The translations under genes and the position numbers were made by a program. A DNA stretch of 64,000 nt from a bacterium (GTDB taxonomy: Bacteria; Patescibacteriota; Minisyncoccia; Moranbacterales; UBA2206), in assembly GCA_030654225.1 (NCBI GenBank), contig JAURXY010000034.1:25184-89183 (forward strand), read 5' to 3'. Positions 36,129 to 46,606 of the stretch are shown piece after piece; within the stretch, counting starts at the first letter, position 1; each line of letters begins with the position of its first letter. The notes beneath the pieces are model-generated. The model was not told where the DNA came from. It saw only the letters and a list, made by a program, of their open reading frames with translations, and searched no databases.

Positions 36129-36938
36129 TCAGTTATGTTTTGGCAACGGCTTGCCCCGATATTTCCAAAAATACTTAATCGCACTAGCAATATGAATTCT
36201 AGAAAGTTTATTAAAAAAAAGGAGTTTGAAAATATTTTTACCAGCCGAACTTCTTCTGTGGTAATGATACATTTTAGCGATTGGATAATAAATAACTTTA
36301 TATCCGTTTTCCCAAAAATTTCGACACCAATCAATATCTTCGAAATAATATGTGAACCGCTTATCAATAAGTCCGACCACATCCGCTATTGCACGCCTTG
36401 TCATCATAGCTGATCCCAAAATCCAATCTACCTCCTGTATTTTATTATTATCCACATCTTTCATCAAATAATACTCAAGGTATTTCTTAGCAAACCACAA
36501 TTTTCCTAAAGGAGTTCTGCGATAAAGAATAGTTAGAGGAGTCATAAATCTAAAGCAGGATGTCTGGATAGAATCATTGAAATTAAGAAGTTGTGGTCCA
36601 ACAACACCCACTTCTTGATTATTTTTCATATATTCCAAAAGTTTCTCAATAGAATTTTCCTTGATAATAATATCGTCATTCAGAATGAGAATAAAATCTC
36701 CTGTACTCTCCTTATATCCTCTCCGTACCTCACCTCCAAACCATAAATTTATTTCCGAACTTAAAAATTTTATTTCAGAATAATCCTCTCTCATCATAGT
36801 AGAAATTTCTTCAGTAGTTTCAGAATCTGAAACTACAATTTCATAATCTGATCCGCTATAATTTTTCTTAATCGAATCAATGCAAACTTTCAAGAGTTCC
36901 GGACTTTTATAGCTAGTAATGATGATGGATAATTCCAT
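36129..36938 (-). CDS. Glycosyltransferase family 2 (rhamnosyltransferase-like)
   Basis: LSIII, LNDD, VDWILGSAM and YFEDID. Confidence 0.88.
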   Translation of the reverse strand: MELSIIITSYKSPELLKVCIDSIKKNYSGSDYEIVVSDSETTEEISTMMREDYSEIKFLSSEINLWFGGEVRRGYKESTGDFILILNDDIIIKENSIEKLLEYMKNNQEVGVVGPQLLNFNDSIQTSCFRFMTPLTILYRRTPLGKLWFAKKYLEYYLMKDVDNNKIQEVDWILGSAMMTRRAIADVVGLIDKRFTYYFEDIDWCRNFWENGYKVIYYPIAKMYHYHRRSSAGKNIFKLLFFNKLSRIHIASAIKYFWKYRGKPLPKHN

Positions 36939-36943
36939 TTAAT

Positions 36944-38116
36944 TTATTTGGGTTTTATGTCTGATTGTGCTGGAAGGATAAAAATATCTTTTGCCATCTG
37001 GCGAATGCGATCGTAATTACCACCGATTGGCAAAAGAATATAACCGACTTCTTTTGGCATATCAGTTGGATTATAAAGTAATCCCTCTTCACTATTTTCC
37101 AAAACTCTTTGGTAAATTTGCAAATTTCCCAATTTCTTATAAAGCTCGTAGAATTTTTGCATTTCCCAAACCTGCATATCAGTTCTAACATTATCTCCTA
37201 AAGCCTTAAGCATAGCACTGCCCTTGGAAAAATCAGCTAGTGTTCCAATGCTTAACATTTTATCCTTAACTAGTTGAATTATTATTTGTTGCCTTTTAGC
37301 TCTTTCAAAATCACTAGAAGTCACACGAGATCTGGCATAGCAAAGAGCCTGATCACCATTAAGCATTTGCTTACCTGCAGGAAGCTTGAAATTTCCACCA
37401 CATTCCAAGGTGTTTTCAGGCGCTGCGCACAAAGGATAACTAGCTACAATTCTAGTTTTGTAAGTTTGTGTAGTTTTGCTAAAATATTTAACTGTTTTGT
37501 CTTCGTATTTTCCAGTTGGAATAGTGAAAAATGAATCGCAAACGTGAGGTTCCTTAAACTGCATAGCTTCTTCAAAAGGTTGATCAAGAGTTATTTCAAT
37601 TCCGCCAATAGCATCAATAAGTTGCTTGAAGCCAGCAAAATTTATACTCGCTCCATATTGAATCGGAAGTCCTGTCACTTCCCCAATAACTTTTTTCATA
37701 TCTTCCATTCCTTGTTTTTTGCCATTCTCTTCACCAGCAGCATAAACTGCATTAACTTTAGTTTTATTGCCCCAACCAGGGTTATCCACATATAAATCAC
37801 GCGGGATGGAAATTAATGAAGCCTTGTTATCTTTGATGTTGATACTAGCCACCATAATAGTGTCGGCTAAGGTTCCCCCGCCAACCACACCTTCTCCTCG
37901 CATTCCTAAAAGCAAAACATTGATTCTGCCGTCTTTTTCACCCTTTAAATCATTATTAACTCCAGGGATATTTTTTACTAATGATTGCAATAATCCACCC
38001 TTGGAAATTTTGTTAAGTATTCCGCCAGTTTTCCAAGCGAAAATTCCTCCGCCCAAAAACAAAACAACCGCAACAACTGCAAAAATTTTAAACCATCTTT
38101 TTTGATAAAATTTCAT
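36944..38116 (-). CDS. LCP (LytR-CpsA-Psr) family glycopolymer transferase
   Basis: NVLLLG, DTIMV, SIPRDL and YARSR..SDFERAKRQQ. Confidence 0.92.
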   Translation of the reverse strand: MKFYQKRWFKIFAVVAVVLFLGGGIFAWKTGGILNKISKGGLLQSLVKNIPGVNNDLKGEKDGRINVLLLGMRGEGVVGGGTLADTIMVASINIKDNKASLISIPRDLYVDNPGWGNKTKVNAVYAAGEENGKKQGMEDMKKVIGEVTGLPIQYGASINFAGFKQLIDAIGGIEITLDQPFEEAMQFKEPHVCDSFFTIPTGKYEDKTVKYFSKTTQTYKTRIVASYPLCAAPENTLECGGNFKLPAGKQMLNGDQALCYARSRVTSSDFERAKRQQIIIQLVKDKMLSIGTLADFSKGSAMLKALGDNVRTDMQVWEMQKFYELYKKLGNLQIYQRVLENSEEGLLYNPTDMPKEVGYILLPIGGNYDRIRQMAKDIFILPAQSDIKPK

Positions 38117-38198
38117 TTTATTTTTTTAAATTTAAATTAATACTGCCAAATTATTGATTTGGCAATTATTACTATTTTACTTACAATTATATATTTAG

Positions 38199-39359
38199 TC
38201 AATGACTCATCTGCAAAAAAATTTCTAGCAATTTTTCCGCAGTTTTTTGCCAGGAAAATTTTTCAGCTTGCAACTTTCCATTTTTCGACAAACTATCTCG
38301 CACCATCTCATTGGTCATTATTTCCTTGATTTTTTGGGTCAACTCTCCGGGAATTTCTGGTTTGAAATATAGCGTTGCGTTATCTGCAATTTCTCTGTGT
38401 GGTGGAATATCGGAAACTATGGTTGGCACACCTAGCGACATCGCTTCGATAATTGGCATACCAAAACCTTCATAAAATGAAGGGAACACAAAAATATCCG
38501 CACCTTTGATTATCCCTGCCTTATCTTCTTCATCAATATACCCAGGAAAGAAAACGTCTTCAATTAAATTATTTTTTTTAGTTACTTCATCTATTAATTT
38601 GTCATAATTATACCCCTTACCTCCGGCGATAACTAATTTCAAAGAATTAAGTTTTAACTTTAAGTTGAGTTCGGTTTTTAACAGTGCCACTGCTTCGATA
38701 AGCGCTGGTATATTTTTTCTTGGTTGTAATGTGCCGATATATAGAATGTATCTTTCTGGAAGATTATATTTTATCTTGATTGCTTTTATTTTTTCCTCGG
38801 ATATATCTTGCGTCGAAAAATCCTCTGACACCGCATTATGAAACCAATCAACTTTTTTTGGATCAGTTTTATAATATTTAATTATTTCGTCTTGAGTGAA
38901 TTGGGACACCGCAATTATCTTGTCCGCACGCTTGAGACTTTTTGGAATCAAAGTTTTTAGAAATAACAAATCCCAAAATTTGATAAATTGCGGATAAAAA
39001 TTGAAAGAAATGTCATGAATAATTGTGACGATTTTTATTTTTTTCGGCACGAACCATGGTGTGATATATTGCGTGAGATAAACATCGACTGGTTTTTTTC
39101 GCAAATACATTGGAAGCGTCCAAAAATTCCAACTAAATTTGTTTTTCGTTGGAAGTGAAATTATTTCAAAATTTTTCTGATTATCTATTCCAAGACTTAC
39201 TCCAGTATTCTGTAATACTGTAGTATCAGTTATGTCGGTGAATAATTTATATTCATTCTCACTATCTATTTTAGCTAAATTTTTAGTCAAATTGAAAAAC
39301 ACCGCTTCGCTGCCAGTTTGTTTTTTGCCTATAAGTCGAATGTCAATACCTATTTTCAT
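38199..39359 (-). CDS. Glycosyltransferase family 4
   Basis: MKIGIDIR, GTLQPRKN and FPSFYEGFGMPIIEAM. Confidence 0.92.
   Translation of the reverse strand: MKIGIDIRLIGKKQTGSEAVFFNLTKNLAKIDSENEYKLFTDITDTTVLQNTGVSLGIDNQKNFEIISLPTKNKFSWNFWTLPMYLRKKPVDVYLTQYITPWFVPKKIKIVTIIHDISFNFYPQFIKFWDLLFLKTLIPKSLKRADKIIAVSQFTQDEIIKYYKTDPKKVDWFHNAVSEDFSTQDISEEKIKAIKIKYNLPERYILYIGTLQPRKNIPALIEAVALLKTELNLKLKLNSLKLVIAGGKGYNYDKLIDEVTKKNNLIEDVFFPGYIDEEDKAGIIKGADIFVFPSFYEGFGMPIIEAMSLGVPTIVSDIPPHREIADNATLYFKPEIPGELTQKIKEIMTNEMVRDSLSKNGKLQAEKFSWQKTAEKLLEIFLQMSH
39198..39225. repeat. Short palindrome in frame in GT4
   Basis: tactccagtatt-ctgt-aatactgtagta (one mismatch). Confidence 0.5.
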
Positions 39360-40957
39360 TTTTTTATTTGTGCTATTCCCAGCCAGAGCCAAAAAAATCC
39401 CAAAAATATTCCAGCATTAAAAAAATTGGGAACAATGATCGCAAACCAAGAAATTATTAAAAATAAACTAATAATTATTTGCGAATCATTTTGTGCTGCG
39501 TAATATTCTTTTATCGCTCTACCTAGTATATACGATAGCATAATCACAAAGGACGCAAAACCTAGAATTCCACTGCCAAGCCAAATTTCCAAAAATATAT
39601 TGGAAGAATTGAAGTTCATGCCTCGACCGTCTTCTCCTAAAATTTTCCCAATACTCCCCCAACCTATTCCTAAAATCGGGTGATTTTTTATCTCCTGCCA
39701 AGATCTTTGATAAATAAAGCTTCGAATTGAAATATTTGGATCTTTTCTAAAAATCTCCGTTACTAAATTTCCCTGATTTTTTTCTATTTCAATTTCTTCC
39801 AAGTTAATATGTCGACAACTATATTTTTCCAATTCAGAAATATTTTCAATTTCTTTTGGTAGGGAACGCAAATTTGCGTTCCCTACATTACAGGAAACGG
39901 TGATTTTCTGCATTCCTGATCCGGTTGACTGAACACGATTAAATAATTGGAAATTAGTTAGATGAAAAATATAAACCAGACCAACAGCAACAAAAAGCGC
40001 CGGGACTATAATCAGCTTTATTTTAATAGTTTCCCTCCATTGCCAATTTTTGGGATGGAATTTTAAATTTGTAAAAATAGTGAAAAGAAAAATAAATGTC
40101 ACGGCAAATGCACCGAGCCAAGCGCTTCTGCTTACAGTTAGGATAAGTAAAACATATGAAATAGTAAGTAATAAAAATAAACCGCCCAACAGAAGCTTAG
40201 CTTCGGGAGCTCCCGAAGCTAAGCTTCTGTCTGAGTCTTCGAAGTAATATATCAAAACATAAATTAAACTTATAACTAGCACTATAAAAATTCCCAACCA
40301 ATCCGCCTCCGAAAAAGTCGCATTTGGTCGTCCGGGCATCGTTTCAAAACTATTTAGCCCTCGCAAGAACCAAATATTTTGCCAAATTCCATAAAACACA
40401 ACGACCAAAGAAGAGCTAAGAAAAAATGGCACTACTTTTTTCAAGTCCTCGATATTTTGAATATAATTTCGCACTAAAAAATATAGCGCGGAAAATGTGG
40501 CCAGGATTATCGCCAATTTTAAACTTAAAATTTTATTCGACGCATTTATAATACTAAAAAGTCCGCCGATATTTATTATGACAATTAACCAATCATACCA
40601 TTCCAATTTAACTAATTTGAAATTCAGTTTTCCGGAAAGCAATCTGATTATTATGGCAGTAATTGTGAGTGCGCCGATAAATTGATATGGCCTGATTGCA
40701 ATTCCAAGCTCCAATGGCGCCAGATTGATGTTTTCTAGCGCAATCGTTCCAACAAAAAACAGAAACGCCCACCCAGGACGGTATAGCGCCAAAAACAAAG
40801 TCAGAATTGCAAAGAAAACAAAATCCCCTATTCGCAAAGGAATAATCCCTAAATTATTAAAAATAATCAAAAATAAAACTAAAGCCACATTCACCAAAAT
40901 CAACCAGCTCTTTGGTTTGTTGAGGTTATTAATTATTTTTTCAAAAAATAAATTCAT
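39356..40957 (-). CDS. O-antigen ligase/polymerase-like membrane protein
   Basis: Multi-TM; RPNATF, SRSAW, HPILGIGWG and NIFLE. Confidence 0.8.
   Translation of the reverse strand: MNLFFEKIINNLNKPKSWLILVNVALVLFLIIFNNLGIIPLRIGDFVFFAILTLFLALYRPGWAFLFFVGTIALENINLAPLELGIAIRPYQFIGALTITAIIIRLLSGKLNFKLVKLEWYDWLIVIINIGGLFSIINASNKILSLKLAIILATFSALYFLVRNYIQNIEDLKKVVPFFLSSSLVVVFYGIWQNIWFLRGLNSFETMPGRPNATFSEADWLGIFIVLVISLIYVLIYYFEDSDRSLASGAPEAKLLLGGLFLLLTISYVLLILTVSRSAWLGAFAVTFIFLFTIFTNLKFHPKNWQWRETIKIKLIIVPALFVAVGLVYIFHLTNFQLFNRVQSTGSGMQKITVSCNVGNANLRSLPKEIENISELEKYSCRHINLEEIEIEKNQGNLVTEIFRKDPNISIRSFIYQRSWQEIKNHPILGIGWGSIGKILGEDGRGMNFNSSNIFLEIWLGSGILGFASFVIMLSYILGRAIKEYYAAQNDSQIIISLFLIISWFAIIVPNFFNAGIFLGFFWLWLGIAQIKK
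39859..39886. repeat. GTAG-type REP palindrome, in frame
   Basis: gtagggaacgcaaatttgcgttccctac, perfect 28 bp; sibling at 49925. Confidence 0.85.
40189..40230. repeat. Perfect 42-bp palindrome (GAAGCTTAGCTTC core), in frame
   Basis: acagaagcttagcttcgggag|ctcccgaagctaagcttctgt; encodes DRSLASGAPEAKLL. Confidence 0.85.
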
Positions 40958-42160
40958 TTACATTTCTTCAATTATATTCAAAATCTTCTCACTAAATTTT
41001 TCCCACGAAAATTGCTTGGCTCGTTCTTGACCTCTGTTTTTTAGTTGTTCTCGCAAGTCATGATTAGTCAAAACATTCTTCAAAACCATCGCGATATCAG
41101 TTATGTCATCAGGATTACAATATAGCACACTATCTCCACCAACTTCTGGCAGTGAGGAAACTTTTGAAGTGATGACAGGCGTGCCAACATTCATTGCTTC
41201 CAGAATTTGCATGCCGAAACCTTCATAATGTGATGGATAGACAAACATAACAGCCTCACTAAACAGTGCTGGCAAATCTTTTTGCGGAACTTCACCCAAA
41301 AGAATCACGTGTTTCGTTAAATTTAATTCTTTAAGAATTCTTTCTATCGGCGTTGCCAGGCTCAAACTTTCCGGCAAAACTTTCCCGTATATCGCTAACT
41401 TCGGAAAATTTGGCAAGAAATTTTCTTTTTTGTTTCTTTCCAAAAGCAACTTATATGCCCGCACCACTCCTTCGACATTTTTCCGCACTTCATATCCCCC
41501 ACCAGCCAAAACATATCCGGGATTTATTTTGTATTTCTTCAAAATATTCGCATGTCCAGCATTCGTAGCGCCGGTTCGCGAAGCGAATAACTCATCTACA
41601 TCTATATAATTAGTAGTAATTTTGTCTGCGCCTATATTTAAGTGTTCAATTAGATCTTTTTCTGTCCTTTTGGAAACAGCAACAATTTTGTCCGCCTTTT
41701 TTATCCCATATTCTGTTAATTTCCAATACAATTTCTTTCTAAAGTTATCCAGATATTTGGGAAACAATTTTGGAATAATATCATGCACCAGCATAATATG
41801 CTTCACTTCCTTATATGGTTGAATGCCCGCCTGCCGGCGAGGCAGGGAAGTAGGACATTGGTACATACTAACAAAAACATCGCAACCGTCTTTTTTGACA
41901 AGGCGCGGCAAAAGGATTTTTTCCCACCAAATTTTTCGAATCAAATCATCGCGCTTATAAACTGGTAGGAATATTTTCTTGCTAAAATTATCAGGAAGCT
42001 TAAAATCTTTTGGAATATCTTCCTCCAAATACAAAACAAATTCAAAATCATTCTGCTTATATCTTACCAACATTTTCAAAAAATTGGTTGTCACTTGCCC
42101 GATGCCCGTATGAGGCTTTCGAAGATAACTTGCATTGATTCCTACTTTTTTCTTTTTCAT
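40958..42160 (-). CDS. Glycosyltransferase family 4
   Basis: HDIIP, RKN and YPSHYEGFGMQILEAM. Confidence 0.92.
   Translation of the reverse strand: MKKKKVGINASYLRKPHTGIGQVTTNFLKMLVRYKQNDFEFVLYLEEDIPKDFKLPDNFSKKIFLPVYKRDDLIRKIWWEKILLPRLVKKDGCDVFVSMYQCPTSLPRRQAGIQPYKEVKHIMLVHDIIPKLFPKYLDNFRKKLYWKLTEYGIKKADKIVAVSKRTEKDLIEHLNIGADKITTNYIDVDELFASRTGATNAGHANILKKYKINPGYVLAGGGYEVRKNVEGVVRAYKLLLERNKKENFLPNFPKLAIYGKVLPESLSLATPIERILKELNLTKHVILLGEVPQKDLPALFSEAVMFVYPSHYEGFGMQILEAMNVGTPVITSKVSSLPEVGGDSVLYCNPDDITDIAMVLKNVLTNHDLREQLKNRGQERAKQFSWEKFSEKILNIIEEM
41826..41846. mobile_element. 21-bp micro-insertion, in frame
   Basis: Reverse complement cctgcctcgccggcaggcggg is identical to the outer gltX element; encodes SLPRRQAG. 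Confidence 0.85.
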
Positions 42161-42280
42161 ATTTATATTGTAAAGCCAAAATCAAATTATGTCATCTGCT
42201 GAAATTATGCATTGCCAGATAATCACTTCTGAGCTATAATCAAGTTATAATAAAAGCTAATTTTTAAGCCTATAATACTT

Positions 42281-42511
42281 ATGTTTAGTATTGTTAAATT
42301 TGCCATTTGGATTGTCCTTTTTTTGGCCGCAACCTATTTTGTGCTTAAATTTTTCGGTTATGATGTTAATCGGGAATATTTTTCCGGCACCAGAAAGCAA
42401 TGTGAAGAAAGATTAAAAGAATGCACTAATGATATTTTTCATCAAGGCGTCGATAACGCCAAATGCGATTTTAATTGCGTCGACCCGAAACTAATAATTA
42501 AAAAGAACTAA
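42281..42511 (+). CDS. Small membrane protein with 4 Cys
   Basis: TM helix then CEERLKEC...CDFNC; heads the + strand operon. Confidence 0.65.
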   Translation: MFSIVKFAIWIVLFLAATYFVLKFFGYDVNREYFSGTRKQCEERLKECTNDIFHQGVDNAKCDFNCVDPKLIIKKN

Positions 42512-42512
42512 T

Positions 42513-43496
42513 ATGAAATTAATCATCAACATTCCAGCCTACAACGAAGAAAAGGATCTTGGAAAAACAATTGAGCGAATCAAAGAAAGTCTTTCTAATG
42601 ATTTCTATTCTAATGAGGGCGCGCGTATTACTGAAAAATTAATTCAAGTAGTGGATGACGGTTCAAGTGATAATACTGCTGAAGTTGCTAGAAACAGCGG
42701 AGCAGATATAGTAATCTCCTACAAACCCAACAGACGCCTCGCCTATTCTTTCAAACAAGCAGTGGAAAGCTCCTTAGAAAAAGGCGCTGATTTTATGGTC
42801 AACATCGACGCTGACGGACAATTTGATCCTAACGATATTCCAAAGCTTCTTTTGCCAATACTGAATGGTGAAGCTGATATGGTGATTGCTAATCGTTTTG
42901 GAAGTCACAAAGCTAAAAACATTCCATGGGTGCGAAGTTTCTTTAATCGCTTTGCCGCTTCGGTTATTAGTTTTTTCCTAAATTGTAAAACCGATGACCT
43001 CACTTGTGGATTTCGTGCTCACTCTCGAGAAACCTTGCTCCGTTTTAATCTAACTAATATTCATTTCACCTACACTCAGGATACTATTATTGACGCCATT
43101 GGAAAAAATTTGAAACTAAAATGGGTGCCGATTACCGTCACTTATTTTGATAATCGCGAAGCCAAAATCACTAAGTCTATTTTTAAGTATATCAATGACT
43201 CTGGAAAAATAATTTTGAAAGCTGTTCGGGATGTCAGACCTTTGAAATTTTTCGGCTGGCCGGGAATATTTCTAATGTCAATCGGAGTTATTGGCTTTCT
43301 TATTTTCCTTTTTAATTACATTCAAGATTTGAAAATCGCCCCCTATCTTCATTATATAGTTTTTTCTGCTATCTCTTTACTCCTTGGAATTCAGCTGGTT
43401 GTTTTCGCCTTGATTGCTGATATGATCAAATCTGCCCGCCAACTCACCGAAGAACTTTTCTACCAATGGAAGAAAGATAAATACAATAAAAATTAA
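42513..43496 (+). CDS. Glycosyltransferase family 2 (polyprenol-phosphate sugar synthase-like)
   Basis: IPAYNEE, VDDGSSD, DADGQ, DLTCGFR and two C-terminal TMs. Confidence 0.9.
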   Translation: MKLIINIPAYNEEKDLGKTIERIKESLSNDFYSNEGARITEKLIQVVDDGSSDNTAEVARNSGADIVISYKPNRRLAYSFKQAVESSLEKGADFMVNIDADGQFDPNDIPKLLLPILNGEADMVIANRFGSHKAKNIPWVRSFFNRFAASVISFFLNCKTDDLTCGFRAHSRETLLRFNLTNIHFTYTQDTIIDAIGKNLKLKWVPITVTYFDNREAKITKSIFKYINDSGKIILKAVRDVRPLKFFGWPGIFLMSIGVIGFLIFLFNYIQDLKIAPYLHYIVFSAISLLLGIQLVVFALIADMIKSARQLTEELFYQWKKDKYNKN

Positions 43497-43499
43497 TTC

Positions 43500-44618
43500 A
43501 TGAAAATTCTTTTTATCTCCCATTCCTATCCTCCAATTCTTGGTGGAGTGGAAAGTCAAAATTACAATTTAGCCCAGGGGCTTTCAAAAATTGCCCAAGT
43601 TAAGATTATCGCTAATGGCCGTGGTAAATGGTGGCTGCCTGTTTTTGTGCCGATAACATTCATACGGGCATTTTTTTTGATGATGAATTATGACGCCTGT
43701 CTCGTAGGGAATGGCGTTTTAGCTCCCCTAGCTTATGCTCTAAAACTTTTTCATCCCAAAAAGAAGTTTTTTTCAATTATCCATGCGCTTGATATAACCT
43801 TTTGTCATAAAAAAGGAATTCTACCAAAAATCTATAGCCTTACAAATATTCCTTCTATAAAAAAAATGGATAAACTTTTCATGGTGGGAAATTTTGCCGT
43901 CGAAGAAGCTATAAAAATTGGAGTGCCTAAGGAAAATTGCGTTTTTATTCCTAATGGAGTTTTTATTGAAAATTTCAGAAAAGAATTTTCTAGGCAAGAC
44001 TTGTCCGCTCTTTGGGGTGCAGACACCACCGAAAAAAAAGTTATTTTGCGCCTTGGCAGATTTGTTCCTCACAAAGGTACAGCTTGGTTTATAAAAAATA
44101 TAATGCCAAGACTCCCGGAAAATGTAATACTACTTGCCGTAGGAGGTCGCGTTGATAAAAATACCCCTGGCGATCCGGATAATTTTTCCGATTGCGAGAA
44201 AGAAATAAAAGAAAACAATTTAGAAAACAGAGTGAAACTTATCCCTAACATTCCACAAAAAGATTTGGAGATTTTGCTAAACACTGCTGATTTGGTAGTT
44301 TCTCCTAATATTCATTATAAAAGTTCCTCAGAAGGTTTTGGCATCAACGCTATTGAAGCTGCAGCTTGTGAAAGAGTAGTTATCGCTTCAAATATGCAAG
44401 GTTTGGCTGACGCAATCAAGGATGGCAAAAATGGTTTTCTAGTTGAAAGCGAAAACATAGATCAATGGGTCAAAAAAATCAACGCTATTTTTTCCGCCGG
44501 ACCGGAATTCGCCAAGAACTTTGGAATAATGGCTGGAAAATATGTGCAGGAAAATTTCACTTGGGAAAAAATTTCGAGGAAGTATTTAGAAGAGATGGAG
44601 AAAATAAGTAGCAAATAG
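43500..44618 (+). CDS. Glycosyltransferase family 4
   Basis: YPPILGGVE, GRFVPHKG and EGFGINAIEA. Confidence 0.9.
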   Translation: MKILFISHSYPPILGGVESQNYNLAQGLSKIAQVKIIANGRGKWWLPVFVPITFIRAFFLMMNYDACLVGNGVLAPLAYALKLFHPKKKFFSIIHALDITFCHKKGILPKIYSLTNIPSIKKMDKLFMVGNFAVEEAIKIGVPKENCVFIPNGVFIENFRKEFSRQDLSALWGADTTEKKVILRLGRFVPHKGTAWFIKNIMPRLPENVILLAVGGRVDKNTPGDPDNFSDCEKEIKENNLENRVKLIPNIPQKDLEILLNTADLVVSPNIHYKSSSEGFGINAIEAAACERVVIASNMQGLADAIKDGKNGFLVESENIDQWVKKINAIFSAGPEFAKNFGIMAGKYVQENFTWEKISRKYLEEMEKISSK

Positions 44619-44636
44619 AAAATATAAAGCAATAAA

Positions 44637-46595
44637 ATGTTAAATTTTATTTACAGTCAAATTTTATTTTATATATCTATTTTAGTAATTCTGTTTGTCC
44701 CAGGATATTTTTTGCTTTTGGCGGTTTTTGGTAAATATGAAAATCAGATAAGTAAATTAGAAAGATTTATTTTTTCTTTTGGATTAAGTTTAATCGTTGT
44801 TGATTTTATCGCTTTTGCTTATTCCAAACTAAACGTTCCGATTACTGCCCTCTCTTCAATTTTGGGGGTACTGTTTTTTGCCATAATTTGCCTTGCATTT
44901 AGACACTGGGTGTCTAAAAAGACACCCAGTGTCTCTGTAGGCATTCAAGAAGAAGATAAATTATTTTCTTTTTCCAAAAATCAATTTCTCCTCCTTTTGC
45001 TTCTTTTGTTTTTGACAATTTTTATTAAAACTGCCTATCTCAGTGGAACAGTTGCCCCAACTGCCACTGACATGGGTCATCACACCTATTGGGCTAAAGA
45101 AATGTCCACCACTCACAAACTTCCTGTTTATGAAGGAATGCCTGATTTTATCATTGGTGAACATATTGCTTTGTCAGAGATAAATATGATCAGTGGAAAA
45201 AGTTTCTTTTCAGCTTTCCCGGTTATTTTTTTGCTACTGATTAATCTTCTTAGTATCCTCACTGTTTTTATCTTGACTTTACGAATTTTCAAAAACAAGA
45301 ATGTTGCTATTCTTTCAATTCTTTTTTTGGGAGTTCTTTTTGCTGTTTCCTCACCTCAGGCTAAATTTGTTAGTGGTGGTGTAATAGGAAATATCTTGGG
45401 AAATCTTCTGATGCCTATGGCCTTTTATTTTTATTTCAGAGCTACAGAATTTCTAAATGTAGGGGTTCAATTTATTGAACCCACTAATAAACCGATTGGG
45501 TTTGATAAATCAAACCCCTACATTTTAAATGATAGTCAGAAATTTCTTTCCCTTGGAATTTTTTCCACTTTCGGACTTTTTTATACGCATCATCTCACTG
45601 CTTTTATATTTTTATTTATTTTTTCCTTACTTATTATTATTTTCCTAGCTCTAAATTACAAAGACCTGAAAAATATTTTTGGAAAAATATTTGATTTGGT
45701 TTTTTCCGTTCCTGTTATCACAACTTTTGCAGTCGGATTGATTTTTTTCTTTTTTATTTTCACTCCAAATTATATGCAGACTAGTGCGGTAGAAACCGCT
45801 GTCGGCACACCCTCAAAAGCCACTCGCGAAGGATTGAGTATGGACAACATAAAATCTTCCGTGGGCGAAGTTCGTCTGGCTCTTGGATTTTTAGGACTTC
45901 TGATTTTATCTTTGAATTATAAAAGAAAAAATTTCGGCTTCACTTTGATTTCTGCTTGGACAGTTATGCTTTTTATCATGTCCACTAAACCAGAATTAAT
46001 TTTCATCAACTTGCCTAGTTCTCGAATTGGAAATTATATGAGCTATCCCCTTGCCATCCTTTCTGCCTATGGATTATTTTCTATTTTCAATCCCAGTTTA
46101 GTTGATTCAAAAAAAATAATTCCCAAGAAATTTCTAGCTGGCTCATTTTTGATTATCCTAATTTTTGTTTTAACTAGCGGGATAAGCGACAGCGTTCAAG
46201 CTTTCAAAAAAGCCCCTGACTTCACTCCCGTTATTGAAACTTATGACGCTTCTAATTATTTAGTGAAAAATACTAACGAGGAAGATGTGATTCTAAAAGA
46301 TCATAATTATATCACTGCAGATTCTTGGATAAAATTGTTTTTTATGCAAGGTTATAGATACCCTCAGTCTCGTGGCTATTTCAAGCGTTATGAAGATCCC
46401 ACTAAACCTCGTGAAATGTGCACCCTCTATATGATTTCCAATCCGGCCGGTCAAGACGCCCAGGATTGTTTTTTTGAAACAAAAACTAATTATATTTTGG
46501 TTAATCCAAAATTTGATAGCTCCCAATTTGTAAAACTCAAAAATTTTAGCAAAGTTTATAACAATGGCGATGTAGCTGTTTATTATAAAAAATAA
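44637..46595 (+). CDS. Multi-TM membrane protein, probable GT-C glycosyltransferase
   Basis: LFVPGY N-terminus, TDMGHH loop, many TMs, C-terminal KVYNNGDVAVY. Confidence 0.65.
   Translation: MLNFIYSQILFYISILVILFVPGYFLLLAVFGKYENQISKLERFIFSFGLSLIVVDFIAFAYSKLNVPITALSSILGVLFFAIICLAFRHWVSKKTPSVSVGIQEEDKLFSFSKNQFLLLLLLLFLTIFIKTAYLSGTVAPTATDMGHHTYWAKEMSTTHKLPVYEGMPDFIIGEHIALSEINMISGKSFFSAFPVIFLLLINLLSILTVFILTLRIFKNKNVAILSILFLGVLFAVSSPQAKFVSGGVIGNILGNLLMPMAFYFYFRATEFLNVGVQFIEPTNKPIGFDKSNPYILNDSQKFLSLGIFSTFGLFYTHHLTAFIFLFIFSLLIIIFLALNYKDLKNIFGKIFDLVFSVPVITTFAVGLIFFFFIFTPNYMQTSAVETAVGTPSKATREGLSMDNIKSSVGEVRLALGFLGLLILSLNYKRKNFGFTLISAWTVMLFIMSTKPELIFINLPSSRIGNYMSYPLAILSAYGLFSIFNPSLVDSKKIIPKKFLAGSFLIILIFVLTSGISDSVQAFKKAPDFTPVIETYDASNYLVKNTNEEDVILKDHNYITADSWIKLFFMQGYRYPQSRGYFKRYEDPTKPREMCTLYMISNPAGQDAQDCFFETKTNYILVNPKFDSSQFVKLKNFSKVYNNGDVAVYYKK
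44901..44934. repeat. Double-hairpin palindrome, in frame
   Basis: agacactgggtgtct-aaaa-agacacccagtgtct; encodes RHWVSKKTPSVS. Confidence 0.8.
45459..45521. repeat. Complete 63-bp GTAG REP doublet (REPIN), in frame
   Basis: gtaggggttcaatttattgaaccc...gggtttgataaatcaaacccctac. Confidence 0.85.
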
Positions 46596-46606
46596 ATTTC
46601 ATTTTT

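Noticed and set aside
38644-38672. Possible palindromic insert in GT4 (ELNLKLKLNS)
   Set aside because: AT-rich and imperfect with no sibling; could be chance.
42190-42221. tgtcatctg... possible extra TGTCAT element
   Set aside because: Lacks the internal hairpin and the matching ATGACA end.
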